This document shows positions 8,900 through 18,834 of a stretch of DNA of 64,000 nt, piece by piece. Source of the DNA: Chloroflexota bacterium (lineage in GTDB: Bacteria > Chloroflexota > Dehalococcoidia > Lucifugimonadales > Lucifugimonadaceae); NCBI GenBank assembly GCA_009838175.1, contig VXSB01000008.1, forward strand, positions 32,305 through 96,304, read 5' to 3'. Position 1 is the first letter of the stretch. Each line of letters starts with the position of its first letter. Both the position numbers and the translations under genes were made by a program. Below the pieces are notes generated by a model. It did no database searches. It saw only the letters and a list, made by a program, of their open reading frames with translations, and was not told the DNA's origin.

Positions 8900-11005
8900 T
8901 TAAGCTTTCATCGTGGCCGATACGGTGTCAACGATTTGTGAATCGATTGAGCGCCGCCGCCGCGCAGATCGTTCGAGCGCCGGATGGGGCCACAAAGCTA
9001 TAGCGGTACCCAGCAAGAAGATAGGTCCTGCGATCCACAACCACATAGCTAACGGGTTGATGCTCACTGCCAAAGAAACGCGTTCGCCTTTTTCGTCCTG
9101 TAGAAAGTCTCGTGGGATAACGTACAAATCTTCGACTGGGTTCGTTTTTATGCCCGAGCGCACCGAGACTTGGTTGAAGTTGCGGAAGAATTCATGGCTA
9201 GGTTCTAATTGCCCCACGAGCTTGTCGCCTGGTCTTGGCTGAGTTGTTAGCGTGAATCCAGCTTTGCCATTCGCTTCTGCAATGTTGAACTCATTGCTGT
9301 ATTGTGATTGATCGATTTCATATACGTCGATCCTCGCCCACTGCGCGAATCGATCGGGTCGGTCATGTGATCTCCGATCGACGTATTCGATGCGGTAGTC
9401 TTCCAACACGAGACTCTCACCCTCCGCGATCGCGGCGTCAAAACGTTGGTCGAAGAATTGTGTGCCGATTACGCCAACAGCTACCGACAAAACCGCGATA
9501 TGCACGATGTAACCGCCGTGGCGCGGGCGATTACCGCTGATAAGTCGCCAGAACGCGACAACATGTGGTTCGCGCAGATTGCGGACTCTAGCCCGAACGC
9601 CCATCCACCACTCTTCGAACACCGCGAGCGCCGCGAACGTGACGGCGGCGAAAGCGACAACCGCCCAAACCTCCGTAATCCCAAAAGCAACGAGTCCAAT
9701 CACGGTCAAAGACGAAGCCGCGGCAGGTACTAGCAACCAACGTTGGAGGGAACGTGTCGTCGTTCGTCGCCATGGCAGAAGTGGTCCGATTCCCATAACG
9801 ATTACCAGTAACAGCAGGACCGGGCCGTTCACGCGGTTGAAATAGGGCGCTGCGACGCTGACGTCAATGTCTCGGGCCAAGTTGGAAAACACCGGGTACA
9901 CGACGCCCCACAGTGTTATCGATGTCACGACGAGCAAAAGGAAGTTGTTTACGAGGAACGATGCTTCGCGGGACATGAACGATTCGATGGCGCGTTCACT
10001 CCTGAGGCGAGGATATCGCCAGATGAAAATGACAAACGCAAATGCAAGGCTTAACGCCATGAACGACAAGAAGAGAAGACCAAGCGATGATTCGGCGAAT
10101 GAGTGAACCGAGACGACGCTACCGCCGCGATTTATGGACATTCCGAGTTGCGCGAGAACGAACGCGATGTTGATGAGAACGATGTTCCACATTCGGAACA
10201 TCCCACGTCGTCTCTGAACCATGATTGAGTGGATGAACGCGGTGAGTACCAACCAAGGCATTAGAGCCACGTTTTCGATCGGGTCCCAGCTCCAGTACCC
10301 GCCCCAACCTAGGATCGTGTAAGCCCACCAAGCACCTAGCAGCATGCCGATACCCAATATTCCCCACATAACGATCGCAAACACGCGGGCGATGTCCACC
10401 CAATCATCGCCATACACCCCTGAGATGAGCGCGCCGGACGCGAATGCGAAGGGTATGGTGATGCCGACCAAACCGGCCATTATCAACGGCGGATGACTAT
10501 ACATCCCGGGATGCAGCAATAACGGGTTGATACCGCTTCCATCGGCCGGCACGATAGGCTGCGTTTCGAACGGATTGGCGAGCGTCGCCAAGGTCGCGAA
10601 GAAAAAAGCGAGCACAACCGCAAGAATGGCGATGGTGTAGGGCATCGCGACGGAGAAGCGCGGAGGTGACAACCGGATGCTAATCGACGACATTAGCGCC
10701 AAAGCGAGCGTGATGTAAAGCAGTGATCCTTCGTTAGCAGCGTAGAACGCGACTAGTGTGTAGCCGCGTCCCATCACAATGTTGGAGTTATTCGCGACGT
10801 ACTTGATACTGAAATCGTTGGTGATGAATGCCACGATCAGTGCCACAGACGCGACTAGTGCGGCTAATAAAGCCATGTAGACTGCGCGTCGTCCGCTGAC
10901 AATCATCTCGGGTATCCCAGCGCGCGCGCCTAAGATACACGTCACTGCGGCGTACGCAGAAACTGCAACACCGAGCCAGATTGCAATTGTGCCGATCTGA
11001 TCCAC
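8900..11005 (-). CDS. ccmF: Cytochrome c-type biogenesis heme lyase CcmF
   Basis: 701-aa polytopic membrane protein with the WWD motif WGGYWSWDPIEN. The GTG start overlaps the ccmH stop by 1 nt. Confidence 0.9.
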   Translation of the reverse strand: MDQIGTIAIWLGVAVSAYAAVTCILGARAGIPEMIVSGRRAVYMALLAALVASVALIVAFITNDFSIKYVANNSNIVMGRGYTLVAFYAANEGSLLYITLALALMSSISIRLSPPRFSVAMPYTIAILAVVLAFFFATLATLANPFETQPIVPADGSGINPLLLHPGMYSHPPLIMAGLVGITIPFAFASGALISGVYGDDWVDIARVFAIVMWGILGIGMLLGAWWAYTILGWGGYWSWDPIENVALMPWLVLTAFIHSIMVQRRRGMFRMWNIVLINIAFVLAQLGMSINRGGSVVSVHSFAESSLGLLFLSFMALSLAFAFVIFIWRYPRLRSERAIESFMSREASFLVNNFLLLVVTSITLWGVVYPVFSNLARDIDVSVAAPYFNRVNGPVLLLLVIVMGIGPLLPWRRTTTRSLQRWLLVPAAASSLTVIGLVAFGITEVWAVVAFAAVTFAALAVFEEWWMGVRARVRNLREPHVVAFWRLISGNRPRHGGYIVHIAVLSVAVGVIGTQFFDQRFDAAIAEGESLVLEDYRIEYVDRRSHDRPDRFAQWARIDVYEIDQSQYSNEFNIAEANGKAGFTLTTQPRPGDKLVGQLEPSHEFFRNFNQVSVRSGIKTNPVEDLYVIPRDFLQDEKGERVSLAVSINPLAMWLWIAGPIFLLGTAIALWPHPALERSARRRRSIDSQIVDTVSATMKA

Positions 11006-11562
11006 TACTGGTTTTCTTGAGTCTCTTGTTGCACTGGTGGCACCCTGTCTGGCTCACCGATCGCAGATGCGATTTCACGTTTTGCGCGTTCCAGATACTC
11101 GTCCATTTCGTCATCCGATGGGGGTTGCGGCCCGACCGACTCGACATCTTGAGATTTCGAGTTGTGAGTTTCTCCACCGTTGAAACGATGTCTGCGTCGC
11201 ATGTTTAGAAACGCGTTTCCGACCAACAGTGCACCACCAAGAAAAATAACAACCGGCATCAGCCAAGCGATCAAGTTGAAGCCACCTGCATCGGGTGACG
11301 CGAGCACGATCTCACCGTAACGCTCAACGAAGTATTCGCGGATCTGCTGGTTGCTGTCTCCGTCTTCAATCTTCTGACGTATCACTGCCTTCATGTCTTC
11401 CGACAGTTGGGCTTGCGATTGGTCAAGAGTTTGTCCGTCGCAGACAGGACACATCAACTGCTGCGACAGTTGGTAAATACGTTGATCCCCTGTCAGATCA
11501 TCCTCGCGGACACAACCGGATGCGAGGACTACTGCAATCAGTGAGATCAAGATCACAGACAT
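11005..11562 (-). CDS. ccmH: Cytochrome c-type biogenesis protein CcmH/NrfF family
   Basis: Contains LMCPVCDGQTLDQS (the CXXC motif of CcmH), followed by a REYFVERYGE helix and a C-terminal TM helix. I chose the ATG at 11562 (MSVILISLIAVVLASGC signal). The ORF track extends to a TTG at 11694. Confidence 0.8.
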   Translation of the reverse strand: MSVILISLIAVVLASGCVREDDLTGDQRIYQLSQQLMCPVCDGQTLDQSQAQLSEDMKAVIRQKIEDGDSNQQIREYFVERYGEIVLASPDAGGFNLIAWLMPVVIFLGGALLVGNAFLNMRRRHRFNGGETHNSKSQDVESVGPQPPSDDEMDEYLERAKREIASAIGEPDRVPPVQQETQENQ

Positions 11563-11704
11563 CGTGAAGATGCTTCCGACACGCCCTGAATCGCGATAAT
11601 TCGACGTGAACTCGCTACCCGTGAAATAGAAGTGGATTGTCCTAACGCGTAGCGTCCGAGACGTTTGAAATCTACGCCACAGGATTAGAGGCAACGGTTC
11701 GCGG

Positions 11705-12289
11705 TTATTTGCCGATGCCGGTGTTTTGATCGTAGACGTAAGCCACGATCTCCCGAATATCTTCCTCTGGGAGGAGGTTTCTAAATCGCGGCATCACAAC
11801 GATGCCGTTCGAGACCAAGTTGAACATTGCTTCTTGGTCATACGTCGCGCGTTTTTCGATCAGATCTGCGGGGCCAACATATGGCGAATCGTTGGTCTGA
11901 GCCCAGAAGCTGTTCGTAGACGTGATGTGCTGAGCGGCCGGGCCGTCGCCATTGCCGGATGTGCCGTGACAAGTCGCGCAGTTGATGCGGTAAAGTTCGC
12001 GTGCACGGGCGGCATCGTATGGGCGTTCCGCGCGCGCAGGAACCGTTAGGACCTGTTCAGTACCGATCTCTTGGAAGGGCACCGCGTCAGCTGCTGGAGC
12101 CAACCGCGGAGGTTCTTGCATCCGCGTCGATTGAGAGTAGTGCATCTCTGAGAAGATCTCGATCGGATACGTGTTCGATTCCTGAACCGCGCAGCCGACC
12201 GCGCTGATTGCAACCACGACAACTGCCACCAACAGCAGCAGGGCGCGCGAGGCAACTCTCGGAGAGTTTTGAGCGATCAAGGGTTTCAC
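11705..12289 (-). CDS. actE: Alternative complex III monoheme cytochrome c subunit ActE
   Basis: 194 aa with a signal/anchor sequence and a single CATCH heme motif. It lies immediately downstream of, and overlapping, the ActD-like gene. Confidence 0.7.
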   Translation of the reverse strand: MKPLIAQNSPRVASRALLLLVAVVVVAISAVGCAVQESNTYPIEIFSEMHYSQSTRMQEPPRLAPAADAVPFQEIGTEQVLTVPARAERPYDAARARELYRINCATCHGTSGNGDGPAAQHITSTNSFWAQTNDSPYVGPADLIEKRATYDQEAMFNLVSNGIVVMPRFRNLLPEEDIREIVAYVYDQNTGIGK

Positions 12290-12789
12290 GCCTGTTTGAT
12301 CTCCATTGCACCTGCGCCGTTCAACGCGTCGATTGCAGTATCGGCTTTGTCGTCATCTGTTGTGATGACCACGCCGATGAGTCCTTCGGTGATTCGATTG
12401 TCGTAGACGCCCGGATTGACATTCGGCAAGCGCGATTCAATAACGATCCCAACCACAGTCGAGATGACCGCCGAGAGCATCGACATCTCGTAGAGGATGA
12501 CAAGCATAGCGAACAACGACAAGATCGGCTTTCCGCCGGTAACCAACGGATAGGCGATCTGCGTCGCTGCGGTTAGGAACAGCGCCAGAGTGAAGCCGAT
12601 GATCGCTCCGAATGCTGGAAACCGGAACAGTCGATGTTGGGGGACGTGCTCGCCGAAGGCACCTTCGGGATACGGCGTCCCAGTTAGCACGTCGAATGTT
12701 CCTTGTGCGAAGCCTGCGTTTTTCAGCGCATCCATGGCATCCGCAGCTTGGTTGGGATCGTTGTATAGACCAAGTACGCTCTTGCTCAT
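12286..12789 (-). CDS. actD: Alternative complex III membrane subunit ActD (DUF3341-like)
   Basis: 167 aa. The N-terminus GLYNDPNQAADAMDALKNAGF is followed by two TM helices, which is the DUF3341/ActD architecture. The gene sits in the act gene order. Confidence 0.65.
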   Translation of the reverse strand: MSKSVLGLYNDPNQAADAMDALKNAGFAQGTFDVLTGTPYPEGAFGEHVPQHRLFRFPAFGAIIGFTLALFLTAATQIAYPLVTGGKPILSLFAMLVILYEMSMLSAVISTVVGIVIESRLPNVNPGVYDNRITEGLIGVVITTDDDKADTAIDALNGAGAMEIKQA

Positions 12790-12815
12790 TTCGGTAGCTT
12801 CCTGAATCCTCTCGT

Positions 12816-14195
12816 TTAATCAGCCTCGCGGACAATCGCCGGCACCCTGACGCGGCCGATCTTGATCGAGTCTCCAAATGTCTGGCTCTCTTTTTGTTCG
12901 AACAATGGCACCAATGGGAAGAAGCGCGAGAACAGCAACATCAGGAACGTCACCCACGCCAACGACCAGAATAGGATGAACCACTCCAATCCACTTGGCC
13001 GGTAAGCCTCCCAGGTGTAGACGAACGGGGTTTTACGCGCCAAGCCCGGCACGATGATCATGAACCTCTCCAACCACATCCCGATGTTCACGAACAGAGA
13101 CGACCAGAACATCAACGCGATATTGTTCCTGACGCTCTTTTGTAACCACATCCCAACGGGAATGATGTAGCCCGTGAACAAGAACGTAACGAATAGCAAA
13201 TTCCATGGCCATTGGAAGATCTGCATGTCACGCAACTCCAGCTCCGGAGCGTCCAACCCGTACACCGCGAACAGCAGCTCTAGGAACGTGAACGCGAGCC
13301 AACCGGTCGCCACAACGATCAGCAGTCGTGCCAAAGCGTCGAAGTGCTCGGGGCGAATGAAGTCTTCCCACTTCCACAACCACCTCATCAATGCCATCAT
13401 AGTCACCACGGCTGAAACGCCGGAGTGGACTGCACCAATAACGAAGTATGGAGCGAAGATAGTCGAGTGCCAGCCTTCGACTGCGGGTGTGACAGCAAAG
13501 TCCCACGACACTATCGAGTGCACCGAAACGAAGATGGGAAGCATCAACGCGGAAAGCAATATGCCGCCTACAGTCTGCAACTTCCACTGCCTCGGATTAC
13601 CGCGCCATCCCAAAGCAAGGATTGTATAGAGCGCATTTTGCCATCCGGTGGTGCGGTCTCTAAGGTTGCCCAAGTCGGGTAGGAGGGCGATGTAGAGGAA
13701 CAGCGTTGAACCAGTCAGATAAGTGCTGATCGCCACTGGGTCCCAGATGAGTGGCGAGCGAACGTTAGGCATGATGCCGCGCGCAAAGTCGTACGGCAGG
13801 ATGAAGTAGATGATGCGCCAAGGTCGTCCCGCGTGCATCAGCGGGAACAGCAGCGCGGTTAACAGCGAGAATACGGTGAGAAGTTCAGCTGCCCGTGTGA
13901 CAGGACGCCTCCACTCGGCTTGCGACAGTCGCAGAATTGCGGAGATCATGATACCGGCGTGGCTGATACCGACCCAGAACACAAAGGTCGTGATAAACAG
14001 TCCCCAGTAGACGGGTCTTGAGAGGCCAGTTACACCAAGTCCCTTGTTGACCATGATGCCGATGAGGAAGAACCCTATGGCGACGATGATGCCAAGGACT
14101 ATCACGGTTGGTGCCCACCACTTAGGCGTGTCCAGCTGGCCGTTCAGCAAGACACGGTTAGTGTGGATCTGGTCGATTGTTCTGCGTTGTTGCAT
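12816..14195 (-). CDS. actC: Alternative complex III quinol-interacting membrane subunit, NrfD/PsrC family (ActC-type)
   Basis: 459-aa polytopic protein with NrfD-like helices (VYWGLFITTFVFWVGISHAGIMISA...). It lies directly upstream of actD. Confidence 0.7.
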   Translation of the reverse strand: MQQRRTIDQIHTNRVLLNGQLDTPKWWAPTVIVLGIIVAIGFFLIGIMVNKGLGVTGLSRPVYWGLFITTFVFWVGISHAGIMISAILRLSQAEWRRPVTRAAELLTVFSLLTALLFPLMHAGRPWRIIYFILPYDFARGIMPNVRSPLIWDPVAISTYLTGSTLFLYIALLPDLGNLRDRTTGWQNALYTILALGWRGNPRQWKLQTVGGILLSALMLPIFVSVHSIVSWDFAVTPAVEGWHSTIFAPYFVIGAVHSGVSAVVTMMALMRWLWKWEDFIRPEHFDALARLLIVVATGWLAFTFLELLFAVYGLDAPELELRDMQIFQWPWNLLFVTFLFTGYIIPVGMWLQKSVRNNIALMFWSSLFVNIGMWLERFMIIVPGLARKTPFVYTWEAYRPSGLEWFILFWSLAWVTFLMLLFSRFFPLVPLFEQKESQTFGDSIKIGRVRVPAIVREAD

Positions 14196-14226
14196 AGTGG
14201 CTTAGAGCGCTTGCAGCCTGCCAGCT

Positions 14227-15663
14227 TTAGTCGGGTTTGCCGATCAACGAAACCTTTGTCTTCATGTATTCCACTGGTCGGTAGAGAAGGTTGAATTGCT
14301 GCACATCCCAGATACTCAGGATTGGCAAGACGCGCGTGGCGGCGAGGATCAATAGGATGCTTCCTGCCAACGCGCCGACCATGATGAAAATGTCCATGAC
14401 GTCGGGATACACGGTCGACGGGTACTCAGTGAGGAACCGCTCGTGGATGCGATCCTCGGGCACCGTCCAAGCCGCGACGTAGAGCCGCACACGGTCCAAG
14501 AACACGCCTAGCAATATCAATCCGGCACCGATGGCAGTTCCGTTGTAGCTCCGACGGACCCGGTTCCAGATCAACCACCACCAAGGGGTGAACCAGATGA
14601 ATAACACGGCCAATATGAAAACCCAGAAGTAAGGGCCCAGAATCAGATAGTCGATCCACATCTGGTCGGAGCCGCTTCGGCCATACCAGAAGACGATGAA
14701 TGCCGAGATGAAGAAGTAGCCCCACAGCAGCGTGAATGCAAACATCAGGCGACCTATCGACCAGAACTGGTCTAAGTGGAGGTACTTGTTGAGGCCGAGA
14801 TACTTCCTAGCTGCCCACAGTCCGATTACCGTAACTGCCAATCCTGCTTGGATCGAGGAGATCGCGTGGTACATCGGGAATATGGCGTCTCGCCAACCCG
14901 GCACTAAGCTCATAGCGAAATCGGTGCTGATGATGAAGTGGACGAACACGAATGTGAAGAAGTAGAGCGTGCCCATCATACCAATGCGCATGCGCATCGT
15001 TCTCCATTGAACCGTAGTTCCGATCCAACCACGCGCCAACCACGCGCCAAATCGTTGCTTCCAACCAGTCGAGTGATCACGCATCGCTGCGAAATCTGGT
15101 ATCGCATAGGCATAGATCAAGCCGAGGGCTGAGATGATCAGCGTGATCATCGCAACCAACGCCCAGATATGGGGAGAGACATCCGGTCCTTCGAACCAGA
15201 TCGAGCGCCGACGTGCACCATCCACCACGAGCATCGGGAGGTTCAGGATCAGTGGAATCATCCAGATCGTGCAGATGATTGACACGAGCGAACATAGGGC
15301 GGCGAATCGAGCGATAGGACGCACCCAATTCCCCTTAGCTAATGTCCCAGCGATCGCCACCAGTGGGGCACCACCAAACGCGCTGAACAGGAAAGCCACC
15401 ATTGCCGCGGTGTAACCCCATTCATCTTGGTCGCTCCACTCGATCAAGACCTTCACAAACGCGACAACAATCCCTACGAGTGTCAACGCGCCGAGAATCC
15501 ACATCCAATTTCGAACACCAGTCGCGTTGGCTTCGGTCGTGGCGATCAATTCCGACGTAGTGACGTCGGGTTCAACGCGCGCGGGCAGCTCGTGATGTGC
15601 TTCCTCGTGCGCCTCAGCGTGTACGCCAGAATGCGCTCCTGAATGTACTGCTTCGCTAGCCAT
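14227..15663 (-). CDS. Second NrfD-like polytopic membrane subunit of alternative complex III (ActF-like) with His-rich N-terminus
   Basis: The ORF track gives 14227..15711. I prefer the ATG at 15663 (MASEAVHSGAHSGVH...), which overlaps the actB2 stop by 8 nt. The protein has about 10 predicted hydrophobic helices. Confidence 0.6.
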   Translation of the reverse strand: MASEAVHSGAHSGVHAEAHEEAHHELPARVEPDVTTSELIATTEANATGVRNWMWILGALTLVGIVVAFVKVLIEWSDQDEWGYTAAMVAFLFSAFGGAPLVAIAGTLAKGNWVRPIARFAALCSLVSIICTIWMIPLILNLPMLVVDGARRRSIWFEGPDVSPHIWALVAMITLIISALGLIYAYAIPDFAAMRDHSTGWKQRFGAWLARGWIGTTVQWRTMRMRIGMMGTLYFFTFVFVHFIISTDFAMSLVPGWRDAIFPMYHAISSIQAGLAVTVIGLWAARKYLGLNKYLHLDQFWSIGRLMFAFTLLWGYFFISAFIVFWYGRSGSDQMWIDYLILGPYFWVFILAVLFIWFTPWWWLIWNRVRRSYNGTAIGAGLILLGVFLDRVRLYVAAWTVPEDRIHERFLTEYPSTVYPDVMDIFIMVGALAGSILLILAATRVLPILSIWDVQQFNLLYRPVEYMKTKVSLIGKPD

Positions 15664-16393
15664 GTGATGCGCCTGCTGATCTGTCAGGATCGATCTTCGC
15701 CAGATATACAACGTTGGGATCCGTCGCCAAATGCGGAAGGAGGGTGTAGTGGCGATCGTCCTTCTTCATCTTGGAGACTTTGCTGTCTTCGTCGTTGAAG
15801 TTGCCAAATACAAGAGCGTCAGTCGGACAAGCCTGTGTGCATGCCGTCTGTATCTCGCCATCGATCACGTCGCGGTTCTCACGTTCGGCGTTCCTGACGC
15901 CTCGTCGGATGCGCTGGATGCAGAATGAGCACTTCTCCATGATTCCCCGACTGCGAACCGTAACGTCAGGGTTGAGGTGGTTGCGGAAGGCCTCGGGCCA
16001 CACCGGTTCCCAGTAGTTGAAGAAACGAACGATGTAGGGACAACCGTTCGCGCAGTACCTCGTGCCGACGCATCGGTTGTAGACCTGAACATTCAAGCCT
16101 TCATTGTTGTGGTAGGTCGCAAATACCGGGCACACTGGTTCGCATGGCGCGTTTTCGCAGTGCTGGCACATGATCGGAATGAACCGCGCCTTGATGTCCG
16201 GGAACTCGCCTTCCCAGTAACGCTCCACGCGGATCCACGACATGGCTCTGGCTCGCTCAAACCGGTCTTGGAGGTTCAAGGGAACGTTGTTCTCGGCCTG
16301 ACAGGCCAATACACAAGCCTGACACCCGGTGCACTTGTCGACATCGACAACCATGCCCCAGCTGTACTGTCTCTTTTCCCGTTGCAATGTCAT
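15656..16393 (-). CDS. Alternative complex III iron-sulfur subunit ActB2 (4Fe-4S ferredoxin-type, PsrB/NrfC-like)
   Basis: 245 aa with Cys clusters CTGCQACVLAC, CQHCENAPCEPVC, CVGTRYCANGC and CSFC...CTQAC. Confidence 0.8.
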   Translation of the reverse strand: MTLQREKRQYSWGMVVDVDKCTGCQACVLACQAENNVPLNLQDRFERARAMSWIRVERYWEGEFPDIKARFIPIMCQHCENAPCEPVCPVFATYHNNEGLNVQVYNRCVGTRYCANGCPYIVRFFNYWEPVWPEAFRNHLNPDVTVRSRGIMEKCSFCIQRIRRGVRNAERENRDVIDGEIQTACTQACPTDALVFGNFNDEDSKVSKMKKDDRHYTLLPHLATDPNVVYLAKIDPDRSAGASHG

Positions 16394-16439
16394 GTGGTTA
16401 ATCCACGTTCATGGTATGCGCGCAAGCGACAACCACTCT

Positions 16440-18788
16440 TCAGTGGCCTCCTCCTGACTCTTCTTCGCCCTCTCCGCCTTTGTCGGGGAGCAGGAATTCT
16501 TGCTGATAAGCGTGATGGTTGGCGATCTCAGCGTCGTGTGCGCTTTCGCCAGGGGCGACAACGAGAACAGGCACGCCAGGTTCGACCGGGAACGCGGTTA
16601 CTTCACCCTCAAACTTAGCTAACTCGCGTTTACGACCAGATCGGGCCACCCGGACGCGAGTGGCTGCCCAAGCCAGTGAGCCGCTAGCAGGCTCAACTTG
16701 GGGAGCAAGAATCTTCAATACGTTCGCACCAAGTCCTTCGTCATATCGGCCACCGTTTTCGTGGCCAAGGCCGATCGGGACGGCAATAACTCCGGGGCGG
16801 CCGCCGGGAGTCGGGTAGGCGAGCGCTTCGATCTCGCCGTATTCAGATTTGATGAAGAGCACATCGCCTTCGCGAATACCGAGGTGTTCAGCCTCTTGAT
16901 CGTTCATTTCAGCCCAAGTCGTCCAAGCTGCACTGCTCATCGGGTCCGGGTTCTGCATCGCAAACGGGGTCGCGGAAAGCCTTCCTTCGTAGAGGCTGTT
17001 CGAAAGGAACGGCACCAAGTGGAAATCGTCTCCGTCGCCCAAACCGCTTGTGTCTGAGTAGTGGACTGCGCTTTCGAGGTCGAACACGTTCGGCGGCGCG
17101 TGATCCGACGGGGTATCGGCTGTTGATTCGGTGTCCCACCAACCACCACGTTGAAGGACGCCTTGCTTGAAGAGTCGCTTGTCAGGCGCAGAAACAGAAC
17201 CACGATCCAGTTCGTAAAGCTGATCGATCGAGATGTTGACTAACTCTTCCATGTCGTCAGCGCCGAGATCGCCGCTGGCGATTCGCAACAGTTCGTCACC
17301 AAAACCGCGGGCGTCAGAGATCAATCCGCCGCCACTGAACAGTTCTGTCTGTCCGATGACGGGCTGCTGAATCGTTACCACTTCGTATCCGGGTGCCGGA
17401 TCCGGGATGGTGGTCCCCCAGGTTTCCAAGAACGTCTTCTCAGGAAGGATGAGGTCACAGTTGGCGAGTGTGTCGTTCATGACACTGCCGAATCCGATTA
17501 CCGTCGGGACGCCGTCCATAGCTCCGATCACGTCGACCGAGTTAGGCATCCCGTGGACGATGTCGGCGCCACGGATGATGACGGTTTGAACGTCGCCGCT
17601 ACGCCACTGAGCAAGCTCAACCTCCCAATCGCTGAATGAATCGCCACTACACCTTCCGGTGACGCCTTCCAAAACTGGCAACGGGTTGTATTTCACTCCG
17701 CCATCGGATCCGACCGCTCCAACGAGAGTGTTGAGCGCGTGTGTCGCAGCGATGTTGAATTGCCCGTTGGTATGCGCTCCCGCGCTCCCGCCCGCGAAAG
17801 CGAGGCTGGGGCGATGCTCCGCGAAATGCCGTGCCGCCTTCCGAATCTTGTAGGCGGACACGCCAACGCGTTCCTCGACGTCCTCGGGTCGGAATCCAAC
17901 CAACGAAGATGTCGGGATCTGATTGAAGAATCGAGCGATTTCGCCGGATCCAGCAAGACGTTCATCGACGATGACCTGCGCCATGCTCATGGCCAAATGG
18001 CCTTCATATCCGGGGATTACCGGAAGCCAGAGGTCGGCATTCGCCGCAGTCATCGACATTCGAGGTTCGGCGTGGATTAGGTAACCGCGATCGTCCTTGG
18101 AACGGAACTCGCCGTATCTGACCGAGTATCCGACCGACGACTGCCAAGTGCTGAGCCAATCGGCCCCGATTGAAAGGATCGTGTTTGCGTTGGAGATGTC
18201 GTAGTGCGGTGGATCCTCTTGTTCGTATACGAACCTGATCGCGTCCTGCATCACGCCCTGTTCGGTCGGATCGAACTTGATGTGACGGCCACCGTTCAAA
18301 GCCGCGAAGTTGATGGCGACCCATTCCAAATGCCCGCCAAGCGGATTGGTGACAACCGACATGTTGTCCTTGCCCGCTTCAACAGCGCGTTGCATCAGCT
18401 GCTCAGCGCGTTGCCACGATATTGGGTCATACAACCCGCCCTTGCTCTGTCGGAACATGGGTTCACTGATGCGGTCAGGGTGGTAGGTCAGCTGAATCGC
18501 TGCGTCGTGTCGGGCACTCTGCTTGCCCAGGTTGACAGGATGATCGGGGTTGCCGGCGATCTTCTTCGCCCGACCCTGCATGACACGAACGATTAGACCG
18601 TCGCCGCCGGGCATATCTGGCCAAGTCGTCGCGTACCAAGCGTCTTCGCCACGCACGAGGTCCTCGGGCATGTCGACGGGACTCTGCACAATGAGTTCAC
18701 GTTCCGGCAGACCGCAGGCGGCGAAAATCATCGTGCCTGCAGTCGCCTTTGCGCCTAGCGCCAGGAACTCTCTTCGACTTAGTTTCAT
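16440..18788 (-). CDS. Alternative complex III molybdopterin-oxidoreductase-like subunit ActB1 (Tat signal)
   Basis: 782 aa with the twin-arginine leader MKLSRREFLALGA. It is DMSO-reductase-family-like throughout. It sits between the pentaheme and FeS subunits. Confidence 0.75.
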   Translation of the reverse strand: MKLSRREFLALGAKATAGTMIFAACGLPERELIVQSPVDMPEDLVRGEDAWYATTWPDMPGGDGLIVRVMQGRAKKIAGNPDHPVNLGKQSARHDAAIQLTYHPDRISEPMFRQSKGGLYDPISWQRAEQLMQRAVEAGKDNMSVVTNPLGGHLEWVAINFAALNGGRHIKFDPTEQGVMQDAIRFVYEQEDPPHYDISNANTILSIGADWLSTWQSSVGYSVRYGEFRSKDDRGYLIHAEPRMSMTAANADLWLPVIPGYEGHLAMSMAQVIVDERLAGSGEIARFFNQIPTSSLVGFRPEDVEERVGVSAYKIRKAARHFAEHRPSLAFAGGSAGAHTNGQFNIAATHALNTLVGAVGSDGGVKYNPLPVLEGVTGRCSGDSFSDWEVELAQWRSGDVQTVIIRGADIVHGMPNSVDVIGAMDGVPTVIGFGSVMNDTLANCDLILPEKTFLETWGTTIPDPAPGYEVVTIQQPVIGQTELFSGGGLISDARGFGDELLRIASGDLGADDMEELVNISIDQLYELDRGSVSAPDKRLFKQGVLQRGGWWDTESTADTPSDHAPPNVFDLESAVHYSDTSGLGDGDDFHLVPFLSNSLYEGRLSATPFAMQNPDPMSSAAWTTWAEMNDQEAEHLGIREGDVLFIKSEYGEIEALAYPTPGGRPGVIAVPIGLGHENGGRYDEGLGANVLKILAPQVEPASGSLAWAATRVRVARSGRKRELAKFEGEVTAFPVEPGVPVLVVAPGESAHDAEIANHHAYQQEFLLPDKGGEGEEESGGGH

Positions 18789-18834
18789 ATAGTGGTTTGG
18801 CTCGTGTTCGTCTCTAAATTATGAGTTGCCCCGG

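Noticed and set aside
15977-16618. 213-aa plus-strand ORF over actB2/actB1.
   Set aside because: It is antisense to the Cys-cluster ferredoxin gene and the Tat-signal gene. It is a shadow ORF.
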